A stretch of DNA of 63,946 nucleotides, filler included, from Lenisia limosa (lineage: Eukaryota > Protista > Breviatea), in the NCBI GenBank assembly GCA_001655205.1. It is 10 parts of 10 records of this genome, joined end to end, with 100 filler letters (N's around TTAATTAATTAA, not from the genome) between each part and the next. Parts side by side here need not be neighbours in the genome. Positions count along the whole stretch, not along the records: positions 1 to 16,092 come from LPNZ01004926.1; positions 16,193 to 18,806 come from LPNZ01008160.1; positions 18,907 to 33,701 come from LPNZ01006324.1; 7 more parts are not named here. One strand, written 5' to 3'. The translations under genes were made by a program, and so were the position numbers. The notes beneath the pieces were generated by a model. That model searched no databases. It saw only the letters and a program-made list of their open reading frames with translations, and had not been told where the DNA came from. This document shows positions 12,001 through 25,012 of this stretch, in pieces (position 1 is the stretch's first letter; each line of letters opens with the position of its first letter).

Positions 12001-15000
12001 CTTGTCCCTGTCACAACAAACAATGCAGTAAAGCCTCCAGTGCCGGAACTCTTTGGCGTTTCGGTTCGTGGTACAAAGTCTCGGACAATGAAAATTAATG
12101 TGTTACAATCAACAGGTGTGGTCAGCGCAAAGGTTGTCAAACTTCCTGATCACCCTTCAATGGCTCTCTTTCTCCCGTCTAGTCTTGGTGGCAGTGCTGT
12201 GCAAGAAGACACCACAATCTTCGTCCCAATTAATTTGTTGTTAGAAACCAGTTCGATCACCGAAGATGTTTTATTCGCATCCCTCGATTTAGAGTTCACA
12301 GATGAAAGCAATTTATCCACGCCTGCCTCATACCCTATCAGAGTATATGATTCCAAAGGATCTGAAACATCTGCCTCACCGATCTCTTCAGAAGATGTAC
12401 ACGTTGCGTTTGGAGTGGCACATTGTATGAACTTGCCATTTGTGTACTATTATGGAGACTACGCTGATATTTACGCCAATCTGATTGATAGCCTTCCTGA
12501 AGGCGTATTTGGCTTCGATGGCTCCCTTGCTGGGGAACCTGTCACTCCTGGAGTTAAAATGTATAATGATTTCTGTATTCTTGTAACACTTAGTGCCGGC
12601 TCCGATCCTGTTACTGTTAACTATACACTGTTCAACAAAAAAGACGAATCATCTGGCGAAATTGGCTCCCTGACTTTTATTCCGGATCTACCATCTGACA
12701 AGACGCGGCCAATTGCACATGCAGTTCACCAATTTGCAGATATGAGTCTTACCTTCGACCTTGGATTCGATGTAGTTTCAGAGTCTGTTGAGTTTCAAGT
12801 GACATCATTTGACTTCGAGCAGGCTAATTTGACGTTCCCTAACGGCGACAGTGTTTCCCTAAACACACCGTTCACAGTCCCAACTCTGACTATTTCATCT
12901 GTTGACATTGTTTTGGCAAACTTCTCCTTTATGGTTACTAATTTGGATAATGGCTTGACATCTGAACCGGCAACTGTCTTCACTCAAATTGGTCCCAAGA
13001 ATAACCCGCCATCCGCAGCACTTTCGTCAGAAGAAGTTGTATGGTCCTATCCAAAGACGATAATGCTTAACGCTTCTGACCCGGATCTTGACGGGGTCTA
13101 CTGTTTGGTTACTTCAGTACCCAAAATCGGAGCTTTGTTCACCACTTTTGACCTTGTAAACCCAGTGGCCCGTATTCAAAACAAAGCAACACTCCCATCT
13201 TGTGCTGTCATCTACCACCCTGTACAAGGGGAGGAATATATGGTCAAATTTGATTGGAAATGCGAAGACGGTAGAGGCGCTTCATCCGCTTCCAATAAGA
13301 TCTTTATCGAAGTTATCCCTCCCAACCCGCTTCCTATTTTTGAACCAACATCTGTTTCAATAACAGAAGATTCTGTTCTGCCTTTAGTTCTGAAACCCTC
13401 ATCAGGAATATTTGAAACAGGAAAGCTGGTTCGCAACGGCAGCTTCACGGGCCTCTACCATTGTGAAAAAGGCATTATAGTGGAAGAAATTCAAGTAGAA
13501 CAGCAGTTTAGCTCTTCAGAAAGTGTTTGTGTCAATCCTGCTCCAAATCAGTCTGGGGAGGATTATTTGATACTATCAGCGATAGCCTCCAATATCTCAG
13601 CTGATCCTTGGTTCATGATGATCAATGTAAGCTCAGTGATTGACCTTCCTATTGTCTACAACCAATCGCTATGGACTTGGCAAGCAACACCCATTCCTGT
13701 TTTCCTTAGTTTCACATCAGAAGCACCGGCAAACGTCAGTATCTTATCTGCTTCTGATGAGCTGATGATTCTTCTACATGATGCCACAGTTTCTGTACCT
13801 TTTGATATCGAGTACCCATATTTATTTGACATACTCCCCACAAGAGAATTTAGCGGGAATGGCACTCTGATTGTCAACGTCACTTCAGAAGCAGGTTCTG
13901 TGCTCTCAGAAGTAGTAATTGAAGTACGCCCAGTCAATAGACAGCCAGAAGTCAAACTAGGAACAGTATATTTGAAGGAAGACGAAACAGCATTCTTCTT
14001 CACCAATGCTACTGATCCTGATGGCGATATGTTGACGATTGTTATCACTGAACCCCCGATTATTGGAGAGGTTTTTGCTACTGGTACAGAAATCGCTTTA
14101 GCAAAAGGGTCAAGATTTGAACAAGGAACAGAACTACAGTATATTCCACCAGTGAATGCCTTTGATTTGGCAGATGGTGATGGTATATTGTCATTTATTG
14201 CAACCGATGGGTTACTTCGAAGTAAACAAGCAAACATGACATTTATTGTTGAATCTGTCAATGATCCCCCAATAGCCAACTCAACTTCTATTACAGGGAT
14301 TGAGGACACGGCATTGCTTTTCAACCTTGAGGGTAATGACATTGATAACGAATCTGAAGTTCTTCTTTTCAAACTACTGACATTGCCGACAAAGGGACGG
14401 CTGTGCAAAGGATTTGAAAATTTATGTAACACCGATGTTGAGTTGAATATGACGATCACTTCAAGCTTGGTTTACATTCCAAATGATAACGTTTTTGGAG
14501 ATAAGATTGACTCATTTGAGTTTGTTGCCATTGATCCTTTCGGTATGGAATCTGAGATAGCTGTTGTTACTGTCAATCTTAAAGCTGTAAAGAACCCTCC
14601 TATTGCGCCAGATCTCACTTTCAACATCACTGAAGATAAAAAAGCCGATATTCAGCTCTTTGTAAGTGATCCTGATCAAGATCTCTTCACGTACACTGTT
14701 GCAACTCTTCCAAAACATGGGGCATTGTTTCAAGGTGAGTGAGTATTTATTTTTTAATTGGTTTTATTCTGCGCATATGTACATGTATTCTCTCCTGTTT
14801 ATTTCTATATGTTAACTTTTTCAGTGAACTTCATTCCAATCAACGAAACAAATACAAACGTTTTGTCTTTTGGTGGCGAGCTGATTTTCAAGCCAACAGA
14901 AGACTACAACGGCATTGATAGCTTCACATTCATTGCTACCGATACCTTCGGGCTAATAAGCGACATAAGTACAGTGACACTGAATATTCAACCAGTCAAC

Positions 15001-15930
15001 GACCCCCCTTTATCCGCCACCAAGCGCATTAATCTCCTTGAAAGCACTTCGGTGTTTATTAACCTTCGAATAGCAGCAGTGGATACTGACAGTCCTGTGG
15101 AAATCCTAAATTTCACCCTTGCGAACATCCCACCTCAAGGATCGTTTTTTGCTTATAATGCTTCTGATTCTGAGGGTTTTGGAGAACAATTGGATCTCGT
15201 TGTCGGAATGGATCTTCCAAACGCAGTAATGTTCACTCCCCCTCCTTTGACGTACGGAAAGTCTTTCTCTGAGCTTTCTTACTTCCTTCATGATGAGCTT
15301 TCGCGCTCCAGTGAAGCGTCTCGTATTATCATAGATGTTGACCAAATTAATGACCCTCCCATTGCCCTTTTGAACAATCACACTGGTTTAGAAGAAGGCG
15401 ACATTCTTATTACTGAACTGAAAGGTGAGACCGTACTTTTTTTCATATTTTAGTTTATCTTATTAGCATTTTTATGACTATTATTTTGTTGTTGTTATTG
15501 TTGTTATTATTTATGCCTTAGGTGAGGACCCCGAAGGATTGCCTGTCCGTGCTATTCTCACTGGTCTGCCAGAAATGGGAGAGCTTCAATTCGTCTACAA
15601 AAACGGAACTTACAGCAAAGTCCTTGAATATAATGACCTTCCTCTTCTACACGAACTTCGAGGAACAATTTTCTACATACCTCCCAAACTCGCCAACGGC
15701 CTCCTTGGAAACTACTCCTTCAAAGTAACTGATGGTGTTCACGAATCTGAAGAAGTTGTTATACCTTTGATTTATGCTGCCGTCAATCAGGCCCCTTGGG
15801 CAAGTTCCGGTCTATTCCGAGTGATGGATATGGAACAGACTTTTATTGATATTCCGGCTGCTGAACCTGAGGGAGAGGCCCTTTCCATTGTACTTCTTGA
15901 GGTTCCAGAAGAACTTCTCATTTTTAATGA
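9050..15930 (+). CDS. Giant extracellular protein (>1800 aa, incomplete): two PSI-like Cys modules followed by >=10 bacterial Ig/cadherin-like (Big_9/Cadherin_4-5 type) ~100-aa repeats
   Basis: Exons at 9050, 9471, ~9940, 10164 and 10335 splice in phase: CSATNCRECNNVDVCGWCSDHNGGGRCLP and TCAYDEACGWCD|NYSCL. Repeat junctions VNDQP, NNPP, VNRQP, VNDPP (x2), VKNPP, INDPP, VNQAP. Repeat motifs DPDGDMLTIVITEPP.IG and DPDQDLFTYTVATLPKHG. One exon is ~3 kb (ORF 11647-14742). The gene runs to the scaffold end. Confidence 0.8.
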
Positions 15931-16092
15931 GGTTTTCGGGGGGTTTGGTCGACATATCACGTTGTATATATGATATTGTACTACATACATGTATATAATT
16001 ACATGAATATTGTTTAACATTTGTATACAGTTTATTCCATAACATTTATCCAAAAATTATATAATTAGGGGATATATATATATATATATATA

Positions 16093-16192
16093 NNNNNNNN
16101 NNNNNNNNNNNNNNNNNNNNNNNNNNNNNNNNNNNNTTAATTAATTAANNNNNNNNNNNNNNNNNNNNNNNNNNNNNNNNNNNNNNNNNNNN
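16093..16192. other. Artificial scaffold-joining spacer (44N-TTAATTAATTAA-44N); further copies with the 12-mer at 18851, 33746, 37625, 39852, 44253, 57658, 61348 and 62875
   Basis: The same 12-mer (stops in all six frames) sits between N-runs at nine positions; both flanks are 44 N where counted. Confidence 0.97.
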
Positions 16193-16891
16193 CGGAAGAG
16201 GGGGGGGGGGGTAAAACGAAGGAAATTTCGATGAAGAATATTTGCGTAACGGTACTAATTATGAAAGAAATAATCTGAATTCTCCAAACAAAAAAATATC
16301 AAAGTGAAATTAGGTTTGTGTATGACCGACCCAGATACCGATATACAAATTGGTTTCGTCAGTGAAGCTCTCGTAGTAGGACACCACATGCGGGTGTTTG
16401 AGTTGCTTCAGAATCGAGATTTCCCTGTTAACTTCCGACGCATCTCCCTCTGATTCCTGGCGGCAATTAGAGCTTATATTATGAAGAGAGATAAAAACAA
16501 GGTTTTATCTGGCCGATTTACGACGGGAGTTAGAGCTAATCAATCCGATACAAAGACAACAAGACTAATTAAAGGGGAACGAAGTTTATTTCTGACCCCC
16601 CCCCCCCATTTTACACTGCATATCTCCNNNNNNNNNNNNNNNNNNNNNNNNNNNNNNNNNNNNNNNNNNNNNNNNNNNNNNNNNNNNNNNNNNNNNNNNN
16701 NNNNNNNNNNNNNNNNNNNNNNNNNNNNNNNNNNNNNNNNNNNNNNNNNNNNNNNNNNNNNNNNNNNNNNNNNNNNNNNNTGAAAAATTGATGCTCATTC
16801 ATAAGTTGCAAAAGAGTTCACTACACGACCTGATGGTTGGATAATTGGACCCAATCTCACCCTCCTCGTACCTCTATCAATATCTTATACC

Positions 16892-16991
16892 TTGAGCTTC
16901 ACTTCGGTTCGAAAACAAACGGAATTTCAAGAAAAATCCTCGAAAACTATCGACATTTTATCGGTTTATTTCGAACCGAAGAGAAGCCCAT
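16892..16991. mobile_element. 100-bp hAT-type MITE copy
   Basis: TTGAGCTTCACTTCGGTTCGAAA...TTTCGAACCGAAGAGAAGCCCAT, flanked by CTTATACC / CTTACCCC (6/8 degenerate TSD). Confidence 0.75.
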
Positions 16992-17978
16992 CTTACCCCC
17001 ATACGGATACACCCCCGCACCTTCCATACGGATCCGAACGCGCCGCGGCCCAATAGTCCACCAATGGAGTAGTTGCGAATCTGGCTCAGTCAGTTATTTT
17101 TTTGGTTTTAGTTTATCATTTAAGATAATTTGAAGACATAAAGAGCTCATATTTCATGTTTGAAAGTGATGTGGTAGAATCAAATATTAGAAAAAAAATT
17201 TAAAAGCGATACGCTTATCTTTTGAGAAACAGATTGTATGCGATACGCTTATCTTTACCTGGGGTTATTTGATTGTTGTCATCTTAAAAGAGCTAATTGG
17301 TTTTCATTTACTTATTTTGGAGCATTAGAATTCCAAATAGATTTGTATAAAAGCTAATATCTTCCACAAAAGCTTATTGTCTCATAAGCCCGCAGCTCAC
17401 TTTCCTGCTATACGGTGCAGTGGCGTCAGTTCGAAGCAAGGCTGTCCTGAAGTTTTGCACCTGGGTCGCCTGTGGAGTGAACGAAGGGGGTAGCGTCGAG
17501 ATGGTATTTGTATTATGAAGTCGTGTGTTTATAAAGGGGTTGCAAAACTAAAATTTTCATGGGGTTGCGATAGAATATGGAATAATATGCCATTAAATAG
17601 GGGAACAGATTACATAGAATAGTATTATATATGTATGTAATATGTATACTAAATGAGATAAAACAAGTTACTATCTGGTCGAAGGCGTCGACAATAGGAT
17701 AAGATAGATAGGATTGGAACACATATAAAATAGGGTAGGATTAAAACAGGTTAAATATAGGATTGGAAGGCAGAAAGCCCCAGCAATTTCCAGAGGCGCA
17801 CAGTGAGGGCGTTAAAGAGAGTCACAATACTGAGGTAGGCTGAAATGTCCGACTGTAAATGGCCTGAATGGTCAAGGGAATTTACAGTGTTTATGAATGG
17901 TCAAGGGAATTCTCACTGTTTGTACTTAATTATGTAATAGGGACTTCTACTGTTTATGTAATAAATATACAATATAAC

Positions 17979-18078
17979 TAGGGCTTCCCTACGGTCCGAA
18001 AAAGACCGTTTAAATATCGATCTTTATCGACGGGTGATCAAGAAATTCAGTCTTCTTTGGGACCGGTGGAAAGCCATA
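17979..18078. mobile_element. 100-bp hAT-type MITE copy
   Basis: TAGGGCTTCCCTACGGTCCGAAAAAGAC...GTCTTCTTTGGGACCGGTGGAAAGCCATA; same internal sequence as the other copies. Confidence 0.7.
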
Positions 18079-20339
18079 CTTACTACTACNNNNNNNNNNN
18101 NNNNNNNNNNNNNNNNNNNNNNNNNNNNNNNNNNNNNNNNNNNNNNNNNNNNNNNNNNNNNNNNNNNNNNNNNNNNNNNNNCTGTCGAGTGCGGACAACG
18201 GAAAATAAATACCTAGGTGAGAAGGGGGTGAGAAGGGGGTAGGAGGAAATACAAAACAAAACAAAACTAAACAACCAAAAAAAGCAAAGTTACAATACAA
18301 AAGAAGATAGATTAAAGCATTAAAACATCAAACAAGCACGCTTGACCGAGCCAATGGTTTGAAAATAAGGGAGGATGAAAGATAGGGTAGAATTACCCTC
18401 CGAACCCAAAATGACTGGTAAAATATGGAGAGTTATCGAGAATTTATTGAGAATTCAGTCTTTTGATAGGTAGTGGGAATAAAGAAACAAGAATAAAGCA
18501 ATCACATAGTAGCAAAACACGCCTGAATGATCGAATTGCCCTGGGAACAAGGGAGGCGGTGGGGAGGGGGTGCCCTGGGAACAAGGGAGGCGGTGCAAAA
18601 ACAATAAAAAATAAACCAGCCAAATATCACCTGAGAGAACGAATGGCCTGGGCTTGAACAGTGGTTCGAAGCTTGGTGATTCTGCGGGTGGTTCGCTCGG
18701 AGAACTCTGAAGGGGGGTTCTCGTTGGAACGTTCTGAGCGAGATAAGGATAAATTTTTTAAAATTGAAGAAAAAATTTCTCAAAAAAGCCCAAAATCAAC
18801 TCTGTTNNNNNNNNNNNNNNNNNNNNNNNNNNNNNNNNNNNNNNNNNNNNTTAATTAATTAANNNNNNNNNNNNNNNNNNNNNNNNNNNNNNNNNNNNNN
18901 NNNNNNACCCCCTTTACTACCACTCCTGTTGTCATGATCCAATGCGTTGATAATAGCGGGCCTATGTTGGGGCAATGTCGTGCTCTGACTATAATGTTTA
19001 TCATTTGTTGTGCTTTGAATTCCATTGCTAACTTCTTAGTTCAGCGAGCTTGTACCACCACAGGTTGCAGCTTCGAGAGTTACATCCGAGCCACAACCAC
19101 AGACTATACGGTTAGTTGGCAGTTGTCGAGTATGAGTATGCTGATTATAATACAGAAACAGAAGATGGAAATTTTCAGAAGTTTGTACACGGTTTATTTT
19201 TTTTGGCTCGTTCTTCAGAGCTGCCCCCTTTATTATTGGATTGCTGCCCTCGAGGGGACATACACATTCTAAGGGTTGCTTCTATCTTCCTATTTTGGTT
19301 TATTTATTTTCTCAATTATCAAGTGGTTGACTCGTAAATGGATCTCCCCACTTGAGAAAACTACTTCCCCTCTACCCCACTGCCGGGGAATTATCTATTC
19401 CAAATAATTACTTCCTGGTTCAACCCAGTATAATGAAGTCCATAATATGGAAGTAAGTAAGCAAGGGGCTACCTCCTAACTACCCCTCTTACAATTTGCA
19501 GCAGATAATGATTTGGGAGTTCGCAGAAGGCATCCGGAGCAGCATTCGACATCAAGGGAGTAGGCGTTCTTCTCGACACATGGTGATTCTATTCAATATT
19601 CAGTTCACTTGTATTAAAGTGAAACCCCCTTTTTACAGAAAACCTCTAAACCCATTGTCGGCACCCCTCCCCCCGCAGACCCTTTCCTAATGTGTTTATG
19701 TCTAACAACTGTATTAATACATGATAGGGCTCTATGGGGGCTTTGGTCCGGATCTCAGAGAGATCTGACCAGGAAAGCTAGCATAGCTGTCCTCTTCACA
19801 CTCAATTACGTGTCACCTTACCACAGTATCACCTTACCACAGTACCACAGTATCACAAAAAAGGAAGTTAGAATATTTGTGTGCAATAACAAGAAGAATA
19901 AAAGAAAAAGAGTAGTATTTTTTCAAAAAAAAAGTTGCCCACTCCGTGGCTCGATCCCCGATCTCTAGTTCAAAGACTAACAAAAGTCCATCTGGTGTTC
20001 ATTTGGCTTTCGGCCCGTTTTAAACTTGCTATAAACACTTGTTTTTTTTTTAATTCATGATAGAATATGGTCAGCTGACCATTTTATGCATAAGATATGA
20101 TTGTTCTTTGTTTGTGGGTGTCATTTTCTCCCCCCTTAGTACGTAATAAGGAGGAAATGAGACATTGACACCGAGGTTGTTTGTTCAATATTTGTTGTTC
20201 CATGTCTCAAATTAAAGCGATGTTAACCACACTTTTGCAGCTAAATCGTGTTGTTTTTCTTTTCTCTCTGTTCTCTTCATTTAAGAGTTGTCAATCGTCT
20301 AACCCTTATCTAAATATCTCTTTCAACTAATTTAGCTTG

Positions 20340-22270
20340 TAGCACCTAAAGCAAGCCGAAAGATGTATGTAAATAGCTATCGATATGTACGTACAGTGAC
20401 CGGGATAAGTATTGACCGATTTGCTAATGTTTTTTCAAGTAATATTGGTCAAGACTTATCATATAAAAAAAAATAAAAGGAAAGATTGGCTTAAACAAAT
20501 TTTCCTCCCTATATTCTTCCTCATATTGCTCTCGCTGCACAGCATCCTCGTGATGATTGCGGAAGAGTTGGTCGATTTCCTCGAGACGTTCCCGTGCCCT
20601 AAACAGCAAATTAATAAAGGAGTTGAGGACCGTGGTCCAGGTTTTGTATAATATATAAATGCTATATTATCGCAATCCAAAAACCGACATGTTGAAGGCT
20701 TCAGACACAGCGGTGCCGGTAAAGGCGTGTCGAGCCGTGTCAAGGCTCTGGGGGGGGGGGNNNNNNNNNNNNNNNNNNNNNNNNNNNNNNTAAAAAGAAA
20801 AACCCGGAAACAAAGGAGTTTTAAAGGTAAACGTGTACCAATATACAGTGACTGGGAAAAGTCTTGACCGATTTGTTATGAGATTTTCCCAAGTAAAATC
20901 GGTCAACAATAATCCTGGTAACTGTATGTATACACACACCCCCTAACATGTTGTAACAAGGCCTCAGATTCCTCCCAAATAGTGTTGAACTCCTCGGTCA
21001 TTTCTTCACCGTCCTCGTTGTAAGCCCTGTTAAAGGTCAAGGGATTTTGGGGATCGATAATTCTGTTACTAAAGGCGATCATTCAAAATAATATGATATT
21101 GTGATTATCTAGATTGTCATATGATGGATCATATCCAGGGCTTCACTTCGGTTCCAAAAAAGACTAAATTTCTCAATAAATTCTCGGAAACTATTGATAT
21201 ACTATCAAACCAAAGTGAAGCCCTAATCATATCACTAGTGGGTATGGGTGAGCAAACCATGGTCACTGTAAAAAAACAAAAAAAAACGGAAATTATTTTT
21301 AAATTTAATGTCTTCCCTTTGTCAAAACATAATACANNNNNNNNNNTTCCTCGTTGTAAGCCCTGTTAAAGGTCAAGGGATTTTGGGGATCGATAATTCT
21401 GTTACTAAAGGCGATCATTCAATATCATATGATATTGTGATTATCTAGATTGCCATATGATGGATCATATCTAGGGCTTCCCTACGGTTCCAAAAAAGAC
21501 TAAATTTCTCGATAAATCCTCGGAAACTATTGGTATTTTATCAAACCAAAGTGAAGCCCAAATCATATCACAGGTGTAGATGGGTAAACAAACCATGGTC
21601 ACTGTAAAAAAACAAAAAAACGGAATATATTTTTAAATTTCATGTCTTCCGTTTGTCAAAACATAAGACACCACCCCCTCCCCCGCCCACTTAGTCAGAG
21701 CCGAGATTTTGGACTTGGAAGTTTCGGAAAGTTCTGCGAGGGTGGTGATCAGATCGGAAGCCTCGGCTACCAGTAATGATGACGTTGATTCTGAGGGGTG
21801 AGAATTGGAAAGTTTAACAAACAAATTAATAATAATAAAAAAATGAAAGAGGAAAGTTTATGAAGCAAAAAAAAAAAAAAGGAGGCTGAAAAATGGATTC
21901 AGCTACGGCTCTATGTCTCTCTCCTGAAATCAAGGCGGTAAATCAGAAAATTGGCTCGGATTTTCGTTCAATTTTCTCTAAGAATGGCGCCTTTTGAACG
22001 TGATTTACGTAGAAGCTTGGACTCTTCAAACTGAAGTAACGGGTAGTTATTAACAAAAAAGTAATTCGTTTCAAAGAAGGCGTATTGAAACAATTTTCTA
22101 ACAGCATCCGTGACAATTTTCTGAATTACCACCCTGCTTTAAAGGCCCCGAATGTGATCTTCACAAGCCAATACTGAGTTTCATGACACAAAAAAAAGAG
22201 ACCAAAATCAACTCTGTTTGCTAGCAACACACAAGGTTTGAAAACAACAAAGCAAGCAAAGCCCAGACCA
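20340..22270 (-). CDS. Multi-exon gene, unidentified; partly duplicated
   Basis: Open exon-like segments ending in GT donors, e.g. RAYNEDGEEMTEEFNTIWEESEALLQH| and SESTSSLLVAEASDLITTLAELSETSKSKISALTK. The structure is broken by gaps and a duplication. Confidence 0.35.
21136..21225. mobile_element. hAT-type MITE copy (90 bp) with perfect 8-bp TSD
   Basis: CAGGGCTTCACTT...AAGTGAAGCCCTA, flanked by ATCATATC at 21128-21135 and 21226-21233. Confidence 0.88.
21472..21561. mobile_element. hAT-type MITE copy (90 bp) with perfect 8-bp TSD, inside a duplicated segment
   Basis: TAGGGCTTCCCTACGG...AAGTGAAGCCCAA, flanked by ATCATATC at 21464-21471 and 21562-21569. Confidence 0.85.
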
Positions 22271-22714
22271 GTCGCTTCTGTCAATCACTCCAGGGCACAC
22301 GGAAAAGTTATGAAACCAACATATACCCGTAAAATGGGTGTGAAATGAAATTTTGATGAAGAAAACTGGTGTGAAAATGGAAAAAGTCAAAAAATGGCGA
22401 GGGGGGGGGGNNNNNNNNNNNNNNNNNNNNNNNNNNNNNNNNNNNNNNNNNNNNNNNNNNNNNNNNNNNNNNNNNNNNNNNNNNNNNNNNNNNCATCATC
22501 ACCATCACCACCACTATCATCATCACCACATCATCATCATCACCACCAACACCATCATCATCAAAATCATCATTGACAAGTGACAACATAATCCGGATCT
22601 CACGTTGGAGGTGAAGATGGGACGCAACTGTATTGCAGAGCTGTATTGACTCTTGTTGTCGATCGTGGACATGGGGCTATAGTGATGAGTTTTAAATGGG
22701 ACTGGGACTTGAGA

Positions 22715-22812
22715 CAGAATCACTTCGGTTCGAAAAAAGACTGTGAAACAACTATAGTTATAGAGAATATATCAGGAAATTAAGTTTTTTTCAGACCGAA
22801 GTGAAAAAGCTA
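22715..22812. mobile_element. Degenerate hAT-type MITE copy
   Basis: CACTTCGGTTCGAAAAAAGAC...TTTTTTTCAGACCGAAGTGAA. Confidence 0.65.
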
Positions 22813-25012
22813 TCAATATTGAAGTGTTTGAAATCTTCCCTTGATTTCCCTTGATTTCCCCTACCATATAACCCGAATCTATCAAGACAGTTGCAGCGGC
22901 GTCGTCGACAACTACGCCGTTTTCCAACAGGTTTATTCTGAAGGAATCCACCAACTCCTCGACTTGTCGTTGTGTTGCCTCCTGAGGGGGGGGGGNNNNN
23001 NNNNNCTGCGAGGGTGGTAATCAGATAGGAAGCCTCAGCTACCAGTAATTATGACGTTGATTCTGAGGGGTGAGAATTGGAAAGTTTAACAAACAAAATA
23101 ATAATATAAATGAAAGAGGATGGCCACGAAGCAAAAAAAAAAGGACGCGGCGGCCCACTGCCAATTTTAGACGGCAGGGGGGACTCAAGGCCTCGGGGCG
23201 GACAGCCCCAGGCAACAATTTTCTACTGCAAAGCTTGGGTAGAAGAAGGAAATAGTGATAATTAAGGGTAGGAAATGAGTGGAAACAATAAAGTGAACTA
23301 GTTTTTGATATCTCAGTGAAAATCTGGATCAAAATGTCAGTATTCCAAGACAATCTGACAGAAACAGAACGCTAAAGATCCACTAAATCTGGAGCTTTAA
23401 TCATCCTAAGGATCACCAAGTTTTTTCTCTTGAAGTTTATCGCCAAGGCTCTTGGATCTTAAAATATGAAACATGGTTCTCAATATGAGCCCAACTGTTG
23501 GATGGGTCCTCTCTTCCTCTCTGCTTCTCTTCTAATGCCGAACAACAGCACCGACAACACGCCACACTACCGTGACGGGGTTTGAGGAGAATGTCCTAAC
23601 AATCATCATTAATTATACTCCTGCTTTAAACGATTATTCCGAAGGGAAATCTGAAACTGTTGTAAATGAATTACCACAGTTCAAGATGTAAATGACATAA
23701 AGTGAAAGAAATCTAATGCATTATATTAATCAGAGTTAAAGAAGAGCATTCTTTCCAAATCCACCTCTTCCATCATCATAGTCTTCTCTATATTCATCTC
23801 TCACCTAAATGGTAAATATTATAATAATAATAAAATAAACTGGTAAAATATTACGCTAATATAATCCAAGACATCATTCAAAGTTCACCGGGACACATCA
23901 AAATATACAGACATACTGTGTGTTTTATATAAACCCCTAAAAACCCAATGTTCCTCTTGTTTTTGAAAGTATCTGAATCACAAAATGTAACGCCAACTTC
24001 ATAAGTACATAAGTACATATCATATCATATATTGTCGGTTCAAAACCATACAGTCCAGAAGCTCTCTATTTATTGCCCTACATCAAGATGTGCATCGAAC
24101 TTTTTTGGGTTCGAGTCTTGCACAAGTTTTTTTTTCAAAAAAGATTTTCTTTTTTGGGTGATCACAAACAATTTCCCTACCCCCAAATCCATCCTATCCT
24201 GGCTTGATATGAAAACAGAAGGTCTTCGTGCTCTCTCGAGCCTTCGTTGCTGACACTGCGTTTTATTCATTTATCATAGTCGGGCCAAATTGCCGAAATT
24301 GTTTTGCAAGTGCTTTGTGATTACCCCCACCCCCTCAGAATTTGCAGATGAGGCCCATAAGAGGGCCAGGGAGTGTTACTTCCTTGGCATCAAAGATTGG
24401 TCCAAGCTGTTGAATTGCCTGTGCCATCGTTCCACCAAAAATGGTATAGTTTACTTCTGTTTCCTTTTACACTGTAAAGGCAGGTTCTTCACAAGAAAGA
24501 CTCAGTGCTAAAATTGACATTTGAGATGGGTTAAACAGATACCAAACTAACACTTCGCAAAGACTGACCTCTACTGAAGTGCTTGTGGATACTAAGGTGG
24601 TTCAGTCGCTGTTTTGTTTTGCACAATAATTTGAAGCCATGTGTGCAGTTTTGAAAAACACTTTCGTAGGGTAGTTTTTTTTATCTATAAAATAGCTCCG
24701 GATAGAAAAAAAAAATTTTTTAAAAAATTAAACTTCCATTTTCCCGACTCCTGAGGTTGTTCCAATTTTGGACGTATTTGGCGTCAACATTATTTTATTT
24801 TTGGGGGTTCAAAACATGATATTTGGGGAAAAATTATTCCCGTCAACTAGCATAACCAGTACTGCACCACTGTCTAGTTTTAGATACTATTTGGACTCAT
24901 ATAGCCTCGGTTAGGTATATTTCATGCCTTTTTCGTTTACTTATTTTTACCCATTTTTTTAAATGTTCATGTAAGCATACACCATCACGCTTTATAGAGA
25001 TATTGAATTATT

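Larger units (their letters stand above)
21012..21664. repeat. Diverged ~320-bp tandem duplication across a 10-N gap
   Basis: 21012-21332 matches 21348-21664 with scattered substitutions; both copies carry the same MITE insertion. Confidence 0.85.

Noticed and set aside
13656-14459. 267-aa minus-strand ORF (and other antisense ORFs over 10.3-15.4 kb)
   Set aside because: Antisense shadow of the long plus-strand adhesin exon; no independent motif or splice signals.
19936-19985. tRNA-like 3' half on the minus strand (CTTTGAA loop, GATCGAG T-loop-like, GAGTGGGCA)
   Set aside because: No matching D-arm or 5' acceptor strand, and the stems are mismatched; at most a relic, not a callable tRNA.
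22308-22589. Poly-His / poly-Asp ORFs
   Set aside because: Translations of a CAT/CAC microsatellite next to an N-gap; the ORF length is inflated by Ns.
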